This document shows, in pieces, positions 1-13,022 of a stretch of DNA of 64,000 nt. The stretch comes from Vermamoeba vermiformis (Eukaryota): NCBI GenBank assembly GCA_045837725.1, contig JBEWZL010000064.1, forward strand, positions 124,001 to 188,000. The letters are read 5' to 3'. Under the pieces are notes generated by a model. The model made no database searches. It was not told the DNA's origin and saw nothing but the letters and a program-made list of their open reading frames with translations. The stretch's first letter is position 1. Each line of letters begins with the position of its first letter. The translations under genes were made by a program, and so were the position numbers.

Positions 1-3000
1 AACGTACTCCGAGTCACTGTCTAGCGGGTCCAAGATCTCTGGGCCCATTTCAGCACGCTGTTTCTCCTCTTCTTCTTGCTTTCTTTGCATTTCCAATGCT
101 TCTTTCAAGAATTCCTGAAGCAAATGGTGAGTACTTGTGCGCGGAGAAGTTACGATAGCCAACTTACTCCTGAAACAGACCAGCGCACTGTTCTGTTGCC
201 CGATGTGTCTTGTTGAATTTTGAGCGCACCAATCGATTGCAAGCGCTTGATATCAGCTGTAGTGCTGATCTTGGGCGTATGTTCTGCTGAGCTGGCTGGT
301 TTGGGCGCTGTTTCAGTGACTTGAATAGGCGGCAAGGGACCAATACCAGGTGCAGATGCGTTAATGACCTCCGCTTGACCTCGGCGTTCGATGTTGGCCC
401 AGAGCTCATTTTGACGCTGGCGACACAATTTCACTGCAAGAGGTAAGTACACTATTAAAATACCCATATTGTTACTCACATGTCTCGAGCTGTTCTTTTC
501 GATGAGCTTTTTCACGTTGCAAATGCTCCAGTTCTTTGTCCTTTCGATTCTTGTACTCGTGGTAGCGTTGTTCAGCTAACTTGACTGCCTTGGCTTCGTT
601 AATGGCCATCAATTGCACAACCAGATCAAATTCAGGACGTGAAAAGAACTGCAGTAATAAGTTAGCATCAATTCGATTACTGTACCACTGTCACATACCC
701 ATTTCTGAATGTGAAGCAGCAAGAAAATGATGTAGTCGAACACCACCAAATCAGTGGCTTCATTCTTCTTGCGCAGACCAACCACATTCTGCCATGCTTC
801 AGGCAGAGCACTGCCCTTAATGAATGGTATTTGATAAGCCAATTGGATGAGCAAGATGGCGTAGTTGTAGTATCGAGCCCAGCGCCAAAGTCGGTCGCGC
901 TTGTGGTACATTTCGTGCCCAGCATAGAGGAAGATGAGAGCGAAGCACACGTAGCCGAGCGAGAGCAAATCGGGTTGTACAGTAGCAGCAATGAACACGA
1001 AGACCAACACCCAGTACTGCGAATAGCGGTAGGTGTAGAATTTGAATGCATCGCGCCAATACCGCGAGTGTCGCATAAAGTCCTCCAGAGACGAATTAGA
1101 TTCCACAATGGCGTGCCAGTACTTGGAGCTTCGTAATGCGGGCAGTGTTGGCTGCAGCTTGTAGATGTGCACAAAGACAAAGTACAACAAGTAGTCTGCA
1201 ATCAGATAATAGGCATTGGGCATGGCAATACCGAGCCATTGTTGCAATTTGACGGGCAATGCAGTCCATGGAGCACTGGGTAGAGTTGGCACCCCTAAGG
1301 GCAAGCCTAGATTGAATGCGTATTGCAAGATGATGACGAAGATGAGCAGCAGCGAAATGACTGCTTGGAACACTCTTCGCTCAAAGACACGACGCGGCAT
1401 CGAGGAACAAATGCCGAGGAGCAACAGATAGAACAACGCGACCATGTTGTAGCGCACGAGAACTGCGATGACGAGTGTGACCAGGACGAACTGGTAGAAG
1501 GTGATCTTGAAGAGGTTAGACAAGAACCACTTGGTGCCCTCTAAAAGCTCGTGGCGGTGGAATTTGCCAACACCCGCGGACCTTGAAGTCATTGGAGTAC
1601 TCGAACAAGGTGATCTCGCGCTTCTTGGGCATCAACAGGCGCACAATCTCTTCGGACTTGTACTCTCGTGAGCCTGAGGGTGAGGCCTGGTTGATTGGCT
1701 GTGCCTAAAGAGGTGAATAAATGCGGGGATTGAACACGGCGTCTCTGCTTACAGCTTTCATTTGAGCCTTGAAATCATGCTTCCAACGTCGTGCAACGCG
1801 AGACAAGATAACGAAGAAGATAATTGCCGCGTAGTCCTGCAAACATTAATACAGTCTATCTACTGGACTTAGGATACTTACAGCGACGAGGTAGAAAGTC
1901 GAAGGATGCAAGAAAAGACCAATCCATTCCATGAGCTGTGTATTTGCAATGTACACTCGAGCAGGGAACTGATAGATCATTTGAGCCAACAACAAAATCT
2001 GCGAGTATTAGTATTACTGATGAAGGCGAGGTGATAATGTGCGTACCATCGAGTAGGTCATCAAGAAGAAGCCAGCAGTGTCCATTCCATTGGTGAAGGG
2101 CAGCAATGCGAGTACGAGCAACAAGTACACAAAGTTGATCGCTGAGATCGGAGACAGTGCCACTACAAATATGGTGATCGCTGTGAACTTTTGAGAATGT
2201 AGCACGAGGAATCGCTTGCAGAAATTGATGGCAGTCTGCAGCCGAGCAGATTTGTTGATGATGTTGAGGTAGTCATCGAGCTCTCCCTCCGTCTTGGTGA
2301 AGAATGATCTGAACTGAATGACGCTGAATAAGAATACCGCACTGTTGCCGAGCAGTCGCAAGAACAAAGGATTTTGGAAGGTGTCGAGACCAATGTCCTT
2401 CAGTGAGATATCTGTTGGTCTTGGTTAGTTGCTGTTAGTGTTATGGTCAATCGTACGTACACTTGTTGTTCGGGAACACTGATTGCAACCAAGTTGAGAA
2501 GGCCTCAAATTGATAGACATAGCGAGCCAGCAGTACAAGGCCCGAATAAATTACGATGATGATCCAAAATCGAGCGATGTATTGTGACGCTCTTCTGGTC
2601 TTCAAATGGAACAGGAGGCAGATGAACGTGAATGTCAAATACCTGAGGAAGGGTCAACACAAATACGCGAATTGAGACGTGTGACATACGCAATGTTAAT
2701 GAGACTGAGTTGAGTGACGACTGCGACGATGTACAGCACCAAATAGCACAGCAACAGTCCATAGACGTGCCAAATATATTTCACCGACATGATGATGAAT
2801 ATGAGCCACTTGGGTATCTCCAATTGATCGTTCTTTGTTTCTGTATGAACAAGTTAGCGAGTCGCAGCATTGAAGTGATTAATGAACGTACTCTTCTTCT
2901 TGTCCACAAAAGCAATCAATTGCCACTGAATGATTGAGAATAGGAAGATAATCAGGTGATATAACAGGCCTTGAAACACGAGGTCGCTGTGGTTGTAATG

Positions 3001-5359
3001 ATTGAGACCAATCAACTGAGTGACGGGGCCTTCAATGTCTTTGGTCCACGAGAAGTTCCACACGTAGACCAGCGTTATCATGCTGAAGCAGTAGAGCACT
3101 AGCATCAGCCATGCACGTGTAGCGAGTCGTGGGAAAATGACGAAGAAGATGAAGATGAGCACTGACAGGCATTAGAATCAGTTAGAATTACTGTTGGAGA
3201 CTTACAGTAGCCTGCATTCATCAAGTTGACGGTGACTAAACAAGCGATGTATAGACCAGCCAGAGACAGCTTGTACGAGTTCTCGAGGATCCATTGCACA
3301 AATGCTTTGAGAATTTTCTTCACTTTGTCAATGCGCTCCTCAGCGAGCATGCGCGTTAAAATATTGTCAGTGTTTCTGATCACAATAGTGGCACGTCTAG
3401 CTGCTCTCGACACTTTCTCTTCCTTCTCTTCGTCCGAGCCATCTTCTTCGATAAACTTTTTGTCTTCATTTTTGGCTATTAATTGGTTAAATATTTGACA
3501 ATCAAAACCTAATTGTTTCTACGCTAGGATATATGCACGGCCCCGAATATTGTTTAACATCAATGTACGTAAAATACTGTCTTGTAAATGAATCACGGCC
3601 AGTTAGGTTGACTAGCAAGCATAATGGTCGTGATATCAACGTGCTAAGGGGCATACAAACACTTACATAAAAATTGCATTTGATACCAACCTCGTGGTGA
3701 CTTGCCACCGCGGTCTTTCTTCGAGACTCTGAGCGACACGCTGCGATGATACCACGTCAACGAGAGAATGTAAATCACCCAACACTGCACGCCAATCCAC
3801 ACCCACACGGCATCGAATTTGACGAGACCAATGTCTTGAACGGAATCGCGCTGAGGCAGGCATTAATAAGACACATCGCGTGTGCAATGCGAGCACTTAC
3901 CGATCCATAGTCCACGGGCAAGTTGAACAAATACTGCGCAATGAGCCACAATGTGAAGTAACACAACAGTGCCGGAATAAATTTCACGCGCTCGAGTCGT
4001 TCGTGTGGCACCACAGCCCCGACGAACACAGCGAGCAACAAGATCATGCCGAGTATTGAGGGCACGAGCAGTGTCACCAGCAACAGCGCTAGCAAACAAA
4101 ACTTCCAGCCGTATTTGCCCAAGAACTTCTGTGCAGTGCGTTCTTTCTTCTGCAAGCCGGTGCGCAAGTGAGAGCTGTACGAGGCAGGGTTCTTCGCTTG
4201 GAATGGCGCAGGATAGGTCTTGATGATCATGCGCTCGCGCAGTCGGTAGGCGAATAAGACGAACAACAAGACAGTGGCAGCCCAGCCCACCAGTAGTCCG
4301 ATGAAATTGAACGAGACTTGCATTTCAGAGTAGTGATAGAGTCCGAACAATTGCCGTGCTTGAAGGGACACCGCTGATTTGAGCCACGGGATTTGAAAGG
4401 TGTAAATGGCAATCATGTTCAGCGTGTTGTAGATCATCAGCGGGATCCAAAACCTGTTTGTGGGCTCGGTGAGTAATCAGCTACACGTATTTATCTTATT
4501 ATCATACTTCTCTATTATACGGTAGAACGAGAGCGATGAGAGTGATTTGTGCAGCACTACAATTAAGAACACTAAGAAGTAGATGAACTGGGTCAGCGAG
4601 GCATAGCTGATGCCAATCAAGAACACAGTGCACACTATAGCCACGTTATTCAGGGCCGGGGCCTTGTGGTACATTGGTCGATCAAAATCTGCAATGAGAT
4701 TGTTTAGTCCCGTCTGATCCAGATCCGCATAAAAACCGTGGACATACTCTTCCTTGAAAATACACGGTTCTTTTGAAACAAAATGAATAATATCATGCTG
4801 ATAATGAACACGGTAAAGTCCGGGAGCAGAACAATAAGCCCATCTGAAATGGTTTGGATCCTGCAGATCTGGTTAACGGCAGTTGAGATTGAGATTTTTG
4901 CTTACATAGGGAATCCGAAGTAATTAATGAGCTCTTGTTGCACGGGATCGATTAATAATCCAACCACATGATACAAAATTTGAATAACAACGTGACCAAC
5001 GCAGATGGCAGCGCTGACGAGGAAGGTGAATATCGTCAGCGTACGACTCACCATTTCTAGGCATTAATGATTAATATGAATATCTTCTATTCCCAAAATT
5101 ACGCGTAGAATTTCAATTAACCATTCAATCGATTTAATCTTGATTTGCTTACTTCGACCGCTCAATAGCGGGTGAGGGGTCCATATGACATTGCATAAGA
5201 AGCATATTAAATATATATATGATACAGCGCTAACTCTAACCACAGATGCTGTTGAGCAGGAACACGTGTCAATACAGGACAAACAGGAGTGAAATCAGAC
5301 TTACCTCCCAATAATATGATGGGGAACACCCATTGATATATAAACAACGACGCTCCCAT
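1..5359 (-). CDS. PIEZO: Piezo-type mechanosensitive ion channel, 5' portion (multi-exon; continues off the left edge)
   Basis: Spliced N-terminus MGASLFIYQWVFPIILLG|ASVVRVSAVSYIYLICFL resembles the Piezo N-terminus. Repeated 4-TM units follow. EDFMRHSRYWRDAFKFYTYRYSQYWVLVFVFIAATVQPDLLSLGYVCFAL...LWRWARYYN matches the conserved Piezo segment before the beam. GT-AG introns traced. Confidence 0.9.
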
Positions 5360-5715
5360 CACAGCATTGTTGTTGCTTGGTGCGATCGAAAATTAACAAG
5401 TGGAACAAATAAAAGATACGTATTTAAGGGTAGGCCTCGTAAGAAGGTGAGAAAGTCATATAGTAATAGCTTGGTGGCTTGCGTGACATTACAAAATGAA
5501 GTTTTCGTAACAAAAGCACGAGGCGTAGTTTTACAGTTTCCTCAGAACATTCTCCAGCGCGATCCAATTTTTTTCTTTTGTTTTTTCGCGGCGAATCAAA
5601 GGCCAAAGGCGATCCAAAAGTGTTGAATGTACTATTAAATATCAAACGAGCCCCGGACTGTTTGAAGAGTGGCGATCAACAATTGGATGGTTTATTCTAG
5701 ATTTACTGAGAAAAA

Positions 5716-8700
5716 ATGCAGACGATAGAGAATAGGCCCGTTGCACAGCTGCCTAATATTAGAGTATGTTTTATATAACAGTAGAGGCCCAGCAATGGAT
5801 ACTATATTCTCGGGAATATGACCCAGAATTCTTGAAAATAACATAGCGCTTAGTAGAGAAGGCTACAATATAAAGCACAGTGCATTATGAATATTTGGGA
5901 TAATAATCTGTTTTATTTAGATTTTTAAAAGACCCGCAGCGGATGACACTATTGCAGTGCCGCAATGGGAAGACAAGACTTGGGGCGAATTAAAGGATCA
6001 ACCCGATATATATCAAGTACTTAAGACCAATATCAAATTGACGGTGCAGCTACAAGACGATATTTTAGAGGAGGTAAGAACCCGAAAAAAAAAACCGAAA
6101 CGGATCTGACCTGCTTTAAATCAGCTGCAAGCTGGACATACAATTTCAACTGCACTAGTATGCGAGACATTGGACGGTCGAGATTATGTATTTCAAAACG
6201 GCATTGAGATGCAGAAGATCCAGCTACGGAAAAACATGGTTTTTATCAAAGTTCTCATTAATCCTATTAGTAAGCTGAAAAAAGAAGCTGATTCGTTTTG
6301 TCAATTACCACTATATCCCCAAGATCGCAAAGCAAAAGCAAGGTACGAGTGGACCGCATTATTTGTTAGGATTAGGATCTGATCGTTTTTTCGTTCTTGC
6401 AGATTTTGGCTGCGGTTTTATTGTGGCAGATACAGACCTCTTGATACCAACAAATTCTTTTTGTTTATTCGTCGCGATGAATTGCGCAGTTACAAAATCG
6501 AAGAAGGATTGCCAGATGACACACCCGAAACACCCGCACGTCGCGAACTCAAAAAGTCAACGGACTCACTTGCGCGAGAGCACTAATTCCGTGCAGCTCT
6601 CACAGCCCACTGCTGCCGAGGACGACAAGTCTCAGACGAGTGAGCCCAAGAGTCCCTCGAGCACTCCGCAGTCCAATCCACTGCGCCGCTCGATGGGAGC
6701 CAAGAACAAGAGTCTGACCAAGTCGCGCACACCTCAGACCCCGCAGACACCTCAAGCACGCACCACCATGTGGACTCCGCGCACCGTGCTCGTGCCCCCC
6801 AACACCACAATTGACCCCGCAACCTCGGGCTCAGCTACACCCAAACTGATGCCGCGACCCAACTTCGCCTCAGCACACCTCGGCGGCGCATTCAAACCAC
6901 TCACGGCCTCTGCTCCTGGCACGCTGTTTCCTGGTCACTCAGAACACAGTGTCTCGCTCGATGAGCACGCAGTCTACTCGTCGCACGTGATCACTGTGAC
7001 GCACAGCGAGGTGAACAACAACAACAGCCAGAGCACCTCACCAGTGCCCCCCACGAGCAACACAAACATTTCACCCAGACCTCATTCAGTCTCCCCTACA
7101 GCCACTGACACTGCTCCAGCAGCACGCATGTATCCTGTTTCATTGCGCGCCTCGTCGCCTGGACTGCGTGCCCCTACAGCCACGACAGCCAGTCCTCTTG
7201 TGGGACGACGAGCATTGACGTCGAGTGGCACCATGATTGAAATGCCACCAGTGTTCACGAACAGCAATGATCGCCGCAACTCGTCACCGATTGTATTCAC
7301 GCCCATTCAAACCATTTCACAGCCCACGTCAATTGACAACACCAACCCGCAGCACACCACCGCTACTTACTCGCTCATGGTGCAGCAACAGATTGCAGAG
7401 ATTGAACAACAGCTCATCTCGCACCAACAACAGCTGCGCGAGTGTCAAGAGGCTGTGGACAAGATTGCTTCGGGCGAACTCCTTGTAAATACTCCCAACA
7501 CGAATACCACCATCACTATTACCCCTCCTCAAACCACAACCGAACCCAACAATAATAACAATAATAATACCAATGTAGCCAGCGATGCGACCACAGACAA
7601 CGAGCCCATGATTGAATGCACTGACATGGATGACGTGGAGATGACAGATGTCACTGACCAATCGCAGGCCAGTGATGCCGCAAACACTGCAGCCAATGAC
7701 ACTGAGGCCTCACTGCCGTTCCCGACAGTAGCCGTGTGCAAGTACAACATTTACACCGACTATTCTTTCCTCAGCGAGGAGTTGTCCAATTTTAACGAAC
7801 GATTTTTGTTGTTTGTCGATGAAGAGGTCTATGCTAGGTACGTAACTTGATGTCTTTCAGCGCTCAGCATTAACGATTGTTATTAGCCTCCCTATCTCGG
7901 ATATTTGGGGCAGTCAGCGCGTATTGTCTGGCAATCCCATGTCCCTCGAAGCCTTGAAAAACAATCAAGAGCGATTGATGGCCAAACATGACATGCCACT
8001 CATTTGCTTCGTTTGGCTGCAAGGCAAGCGCACAGATGGTTCGCTGTTCAAAGTCGAGCGGTGTGCCAAGTGCCAACAGAGTGAAGTGGGCAAAGATTTT
8101 CCAACCAATCCTCTGCGCGTCTACGGCACTGATTTGATCCGCGTGCATGAAGGCAAGTTGAATCTGCGCTGCAAAGTGATCGAGTCCTCGCACCACCTCG
8201 AGGGCAGCATGTTCCGCGTGTGCATTCAACTGTTTGATCGCGTCGACCAGAACGGTGTCAGCACATTGGTGCAAGTGACGCCACAGCCGCTGACCAGTGA
8301 ATGGCAACGATGTATATTCAGTCGCACACCGAGACCTGTCAAAGAAAAAGACCCGCCCAAGCCTGCACAGCCACCACCAGCACAGATCAGCGAAGAGAAC
8401 TTATTGCTGTTCTCGTTAATGCAGAAAAAGGCCCAACAGATTCAAGAGATTACAAGTCTTAACGCGACACTGGGACAACTCAAACGACAGCGCGAGTCAA
8501 TGCAGTCAAATCTGTTGGTCTTGCATCAGCGACCAGACGCAGTACAAATCTGTACACAAGTGCTCAAGCCTCATCTGTCGGTGCGCATGAACAAAGAGTT
8601 CTTGCCTGCTCTGACTAGTGGCACGGGCACCTTGGACATTGAACTAATTTGGAGCTTTCAAACGGAAAAGTTCAATTATTGGAAGACGATTGTGATTCCC

Positions 8701-9051
8701 AACGGTCTATTCTACGAGACTACAAAGCCTTTCTTCGCTGAATCAGATGTGATCAAATTCAAGCACGTACATCTGTCAAACTGGACGAGCATTAAGAACT
8801 ACATTCGCGATTATCTGCCCAAGGTGTATTGGAAAGACAAGTACCTCAAAGCGAACTATGGCATTCGATTCAATGCGCGCGTGAACAATCAGATAACTGC
8901 CTATTTAGAGGCACCTTGTCTATTCAGCATTGACATTCGACGAGAAAATGATCCCAATTACAAGAGCAAAAAAGGCCCGCTGAACAAGTCGATGGATCTC
9001 AACTCGTCCGCTGCGGGTGAAGATCAAGAATCTGACCCTTTGTCACAATAA
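5716..9051 (+). CDS. Putative transcription factor with 2-3 STAT/CudA/Spt23-like Ig-fold DNA-binding modules and low-complexity S/T/P/N/Q linkers
   Basis: Exons joined by eye (introns ~5764-5920, ~6074-6124, ~6343-6402, GC-AG 6536-6596, ~7839-7887). N- and C-terminal domains are similar (QPDIYQVLKTNIKLTVQL vs QRPDAVQICTQVLKPHLSVRM; both end IRR[D/E]). The middle domain has CAKC...SSHH. Confidence 0.6.
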
Positions 9052-9118
9052 TACCCTCGTAACTTGTAATAAATACTTTTATTACTTAACTAATCTACAA
9101 TGCAACTTAACTACTACT

Positions 9119-11020
9119 TTAAATCTTCAAATTGAAGTTGGCAACTGAAGATCCAGGGTGGCTCTTGGCGAAGGAAGCCATGATAGAAATGACCAAAGCA
9201 CCAGCAAAGCCAGCACCACCAACAGCGAGGAAAGCAACACCCCAGTAAGGCACCAAAGTCTCAATGTTGAGCAGACCCTTTTGAGATCTATTGGTGAAGG
9301 CGTTGTTACGAGTAGACATGTAGGCGAAAGCACCCGTGTTCTTCAATTGAATGAGACCGCCATCGAAGTAGTATCTGGCCAAGTTCAAGCGGGCACAGTT
9401 TTGACGATCCTGTGCGATGTTACCAGCGTTGTTGTCGTGCTTAATTTGAAGTTGTTGCAAAGTCAAGCAGCAAGCTTGGTCCTCAAGAGCAGTGATGGCA
9501 GCAACGGATGAAATGACCGCTGGATCGCAGTATGAAGCAGGTTGGTCGGTGTAAGCCAAGCTGACAAGAGTCTCGGTATCAAAACCAGTAGTTTGCTCGG
9601 CTTGTTCGATGCTCATAGGGTAGTTGCGACGGCTTTCGAGGTTGCGCATAAACACGACGTTGCTGTTGTCAGTCTTGTCGCGTCCTTGACCAGCTCTGTT
9701 GGCATTGTGAGTGTCGCAGCCAGTCCATTGGAAGTGCACGTAGTCACCCACGGCAGCATTCAACACATTGGGCACAAAGTCGTACTCAACAGCAGGATAA
9801 GTCTGGACAATGTTGCCTCTGCGACCACGCACGTTAACGTTGAAGATACGAGAGCTGAGGGGCACGCCAATAGGACGGTTGTTCTTGATGTAGAAGATGT
9901 GGGATCTGTCCTGGAAAGTACGAGCGAATTGAGTGGTGTCGACAGCCAAAGTCAAGTTGCGAGCCAAGTCAGGGTACTGAGTGTCATTGCTGTAGCGAAT
10001 GTTGGGGTTTTGTCTGACGGGAGACAAGTTGTCGTTGTTGGACGAGTCAACCATCTCGCGGCCATAGATCTCAGCAAAACCGTCGTAGTCGAAGGAGCTG
10101 ATGTTGTAGCGCAAGCGGAAGATGCAAGTAGCACCGAGTTCAGGGCGAGCAGGATCATCAGGCTCTACACTAGGAATGACCCAAATGTATCTGTTGCTGA
10201 TACCGAGACGGGTGTTGCCCAAGTGATTGTCACGAGCCCATTCACCACCAAGGCATTGAGGAGGAGGAATACCCCAAGCAGGAATTTCGAACCAGCGACC
10301 ACCACCAGTAACGCACTCAACTTGAGTAGCGAAACGAGGATCATCGCACTCCCAGCGAGACTTGACGTTTTGAGACTCAGTCTGGTAGTAAGTGCAGCGA
10401 GTAGTGTCGGAAGTGAGAATGGCAATGTCCTTCCATGGACTGGTGTGCCAGTAGGGGTAGTAGTCACGCTCCTCAGGGCACTCATATCCGTGACGATCTC
10501 CGTTGTTGTTTTGACGAGTGCGAGTAGCGGGGCCGTTAGGATCCAAGGCACCACGAAGAATTCGATCGGCAGCGAAAAGACCATTGTTTCTTCTGCGAGA
10601 CTTGCAAGCTTGGTAATAATCGTAGCTCTCGTGCATGGCATAAATATATTCACCGTTGCCGTTCTTGGCATCACGAACGGCTGGATCAGGGTCGTCGGGG
10701 ATTGGGTCGACCTCAGTACCGTCGCGGATGGTAGAGTTGCACATGTATTGGATGACGATGTTGCAATCAACATTAGGGTGACCAACACCGCAGCCGTGTT
10801 GTTGAGTCCACTCGACTTGCAAGAAGGAGCCAGAGTAGAAGTACATGCTTTCACCCCAGCAGTAGCCTCCCGCAGCATTGTTTTGCGAGTCAAATAAACG
10901 ATCTTGATTATTCGCATCACCGCGATATCTGTTGTTAGAACCACGAGGGTTGTGCACGTAAACGTCCGCCAAGGCACCGAGGCACAGGGCGACGAAAACA
11001 ATGCAGTGAAGAGCACGCAT
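9119..11020 (-). CDS. DD3-3 family protein (signal peptide, C-terminal TM helix), intronless CDS
   Basis: DVYVHNPRGSNNR...RLFDSQNNAAGGY, GYECPEERDYYPYWHTSPWKDIA, NVRGRRGNIVQTYPAVEYDFVP and YMSTRNNAFTNRSQKG are DD3-3 hallmarks. A probable 5'UTR intron lies at ~11022-11078. Confidence 0.9.
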   Translation of the reverse strand: MRALHCIVFVALCLGALADVYVHNPRGSNNRYRGDANNQDRLFDSQNNAAGGYCWGESMYFYSGSFLQVEWTQQHGCGVGHPNVDCNIVIQYMCNSTIRDGTEVDPIPDDPDPAVRDAKNGNGEYIYAMHESYDYYQACKSRRRNNGLFAADRILRGALDPNGPATRTRQNNNGDRHGYECPEERDYYPYWHTSPWKDIAILTSDTTRCTYYQTESQNVKSRWECDDPRFATQVECVTGGGRWFEIPAWGIPPPQCLGGEWARDNHLGNTRLGISNRYIWVIPSVEPDDPARPELGATCIFRLRYNISSFDYDGFAEIYGREMVDSSNNDNLSPVRQNPNIRYSNDTQYPDLARNLTLAVDTTQFARTFQDRSHIFYIKNNRPIGVPLSSRIFNVNVRGRRGNIVQTYPAVEYDFVPNVLNAAVGDYVHFQWTGCDTHNANRAGQGRDKTDNSNVVFMRNLESRRNYPMSIEQAEQTTGFDTETLVSLAYTDQPASYCDPAVISSVAAITALEDQACCLTLQQLQIKHDNNAGNIAQDRQNCARLNLARYYFDGGLIQLKNTGAFAYMSTRNNAFTNRSQKGLLNIETLVPYWGVAFLAVGGAGFAGALVISIMASFAKSHPGSSVANFNLKI

Positions 11021-11401
11021 CCTGCGAGAATAAATTAGGATGCAATGTTAAATCTCTTTGGTAATTAAGGAACGAACCTGTTGTGTTGTCGCGTAAGTAA
11101 ATTTGTTAAAACTGCGTAAAACGGCAAAAAAATTTGTACCGAAAAACAGAATCTTGCTAATATTTTAATGCGGACTGTTCCACCAATCAGAGCGGACCTT
11201 GATAAATTTGTACCAAAAAATTTACTTGACCAATCGGAATGCAGGCCTTAATGGAATTTCATATTCTTTATGCCAGACTTGGGAAGTCGAAATACTGTAG
11301 TTACGTAAAGAAGAGTCTGCTAAATTTATTTGTATTCATGTCTTACCGCTAGAGCCTAAGCGCGGTTACTGTGACGGAGAAATCGGTTCTCCGCACTCAA
11401 A

Positions 11402-12096
11402 TTATAGTTGGATGTAGCCACCTTTTTTGTGGTGGTGACCAGTCCAAGGCAAAATGAACTGAGAGGCACCAAAGACAATTGCTCCGACGAACATGAGCAC
11501 GATTGGTCGGCCATACTCGCCACAATTGTCACAGGGCACACCGACAAGACCAGTCAAATAAGCTACAATATTGTAAGAAAACTCGCCAGTACATATCAGG
11601 GTGAGCTATATTATAGGATTTCGTAACAACTTCTGAAACAAAATTTCGTGTTCGGATGTGAAAGATAAGATTTTACTGTACTCTAGTTAAGTGACTTACC
11701 AACTGAGGATGCCATTCCAACATTAATTAAGCATAAGACAAAGTTTACCGCGAAGATTCCGCGCTTTTTAGTCATCCAGTAAACTAAAACAAAGTTAAAT
11801 CTCGAAAATAGAGAAATAATTGCAATGGGGTCTGATAGTAACGTACTGAAATAGAGAAGTGTTTGGACGCCACCGAGAATAGCGAGAATATAGAAGGGAG
11901 TCCAGGCAGACTGTGAGAAGATCAGGCTGAGAAGTGAACCGAGCTTGTCCTTTCCTTGCACGAACCCAACGATGTAGATTATCAGCCCAGCTGCATATAG
12001 TGTGTCAATATATTACTAAGAGGCAACGGAGGTCCCAATGCGTCACTTACCAATAGCTAAGGCCAAACAAAAGCCGCGAGAAACGTGATTAGCCAT
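11402..12096 (-). CDS. Small 4-TM membrane protein with C-terminal GYxxL motif
   Basis: Three exons: MANHVSRGFCLALAI|AAGLIIYIVGF...ASSV|AYLTGLVGVPCDNCGEYGRPIVLMFVGAIVFGASQFILPWTGHHHKKGGYIQL*. Splice sites are canonical. Confidence 0.7.
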
Positions 12097-12358
12097 GACG
12101 ATAGATGATCAAATACCTATAAGCACTAGATTACTATAAATGTGAACTGGTGTGTTCGTGTTTGGTTGCTCTATTGAGTCAATTAAATATTGCTGGTGAT
12201 GATTTGACACTTGCAAAAATAGCAGACATTTTGTCGTGGATTCGGAAAATTCGACGCTCACTATTTCGCCAATCACTTGAGTTCTTTAGCCACGCACTAC
12301 GCTGCAACACCATTGTTGAGTTTATTTATCAAGCACTCAGAACAAGCACAGTTAACAG

Positions 12359-12911
12359 ATGGCGACTCGTCTTGTTCAACCAGGCGTCCAGAGTACGTAG
12401 CTCGCAACAATTATTTAATAATTAACACCCTATTTTAATAGCTCGTAAAATATTGGAACTTTTGAAGACTCGTCCAATGACAAGAGAGGAGCTTTGGAAC
12501 GAAACAAAAGATGTAATTAAAAGCAAAACTCATTGCAAGAAAATATTGCGTGGATTGGCTGTAAATAATAGAGTTATTGTAAGTTATTATTTTTTATTGG
12601 GCTGTACGTCTGTCCAATTTTTTTGAAATATTTAATTAATTCTCGATCCGCATCCAGCCCTTCCTCCCGCTTGGCAAGGTGTACAACAAGGATAATTTTT
12701 CTTTTAAATTAAACCCACATTTATTCGAGAAGAATTTCCCACGAGAATACGCAGAACTGTAAGTGATCTTCATTCTGCATCTGGTGACCTGACCACGCTC
12801 TATTACGACAGAAAAAAGCAGAAGAAATTAGCACGTGAGGCCTGCAAGCCCAAGTCACAAAGAACCAATGATAGCGTGGTCAATGAACTGCTGAAGAGCG
12901 AGAGCAAATAA
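12359..12911 (+). CDS. Small basic winged-helix-like protein, possibly mitoribosomal mL80-like
   Basis: Four exons give MATRLVQPGVQTRKILELLKTRPMTREELWNETKDVIKSKTHCKKILRGLAVNNRVI..., resembling the plant mL80 pattern (TR.I..V.K..GP.T..E.W...SK.HMK..LR). Confidence 0.55.
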
Positions 12912-13022
12912 TGCAGATCAAACGCGAATAAATATTTGTTATATATTATGTACATTAGCAGCGCCACTACGACTGCATTACAACCAATACATTGCAGGCC
13001 AGAGGTCACATCGAAGAGTCAA

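Noticed and set aside
6363-6535. ORF-track N-terminus MLGLGSDRFF... of the 495-aa ORF
   Set aside because: It starts inside an intron; the spliced alternate frame (FWLRFY...) fits the repeated domain better.
9542-11016. Long alternative ORFs overlapping DD3-3 (451 aa antisense; 283 aa alternate frame)
   Set aside because: Shadow ORFs caused by biased codon use in the real gene; no recognisable motifs.
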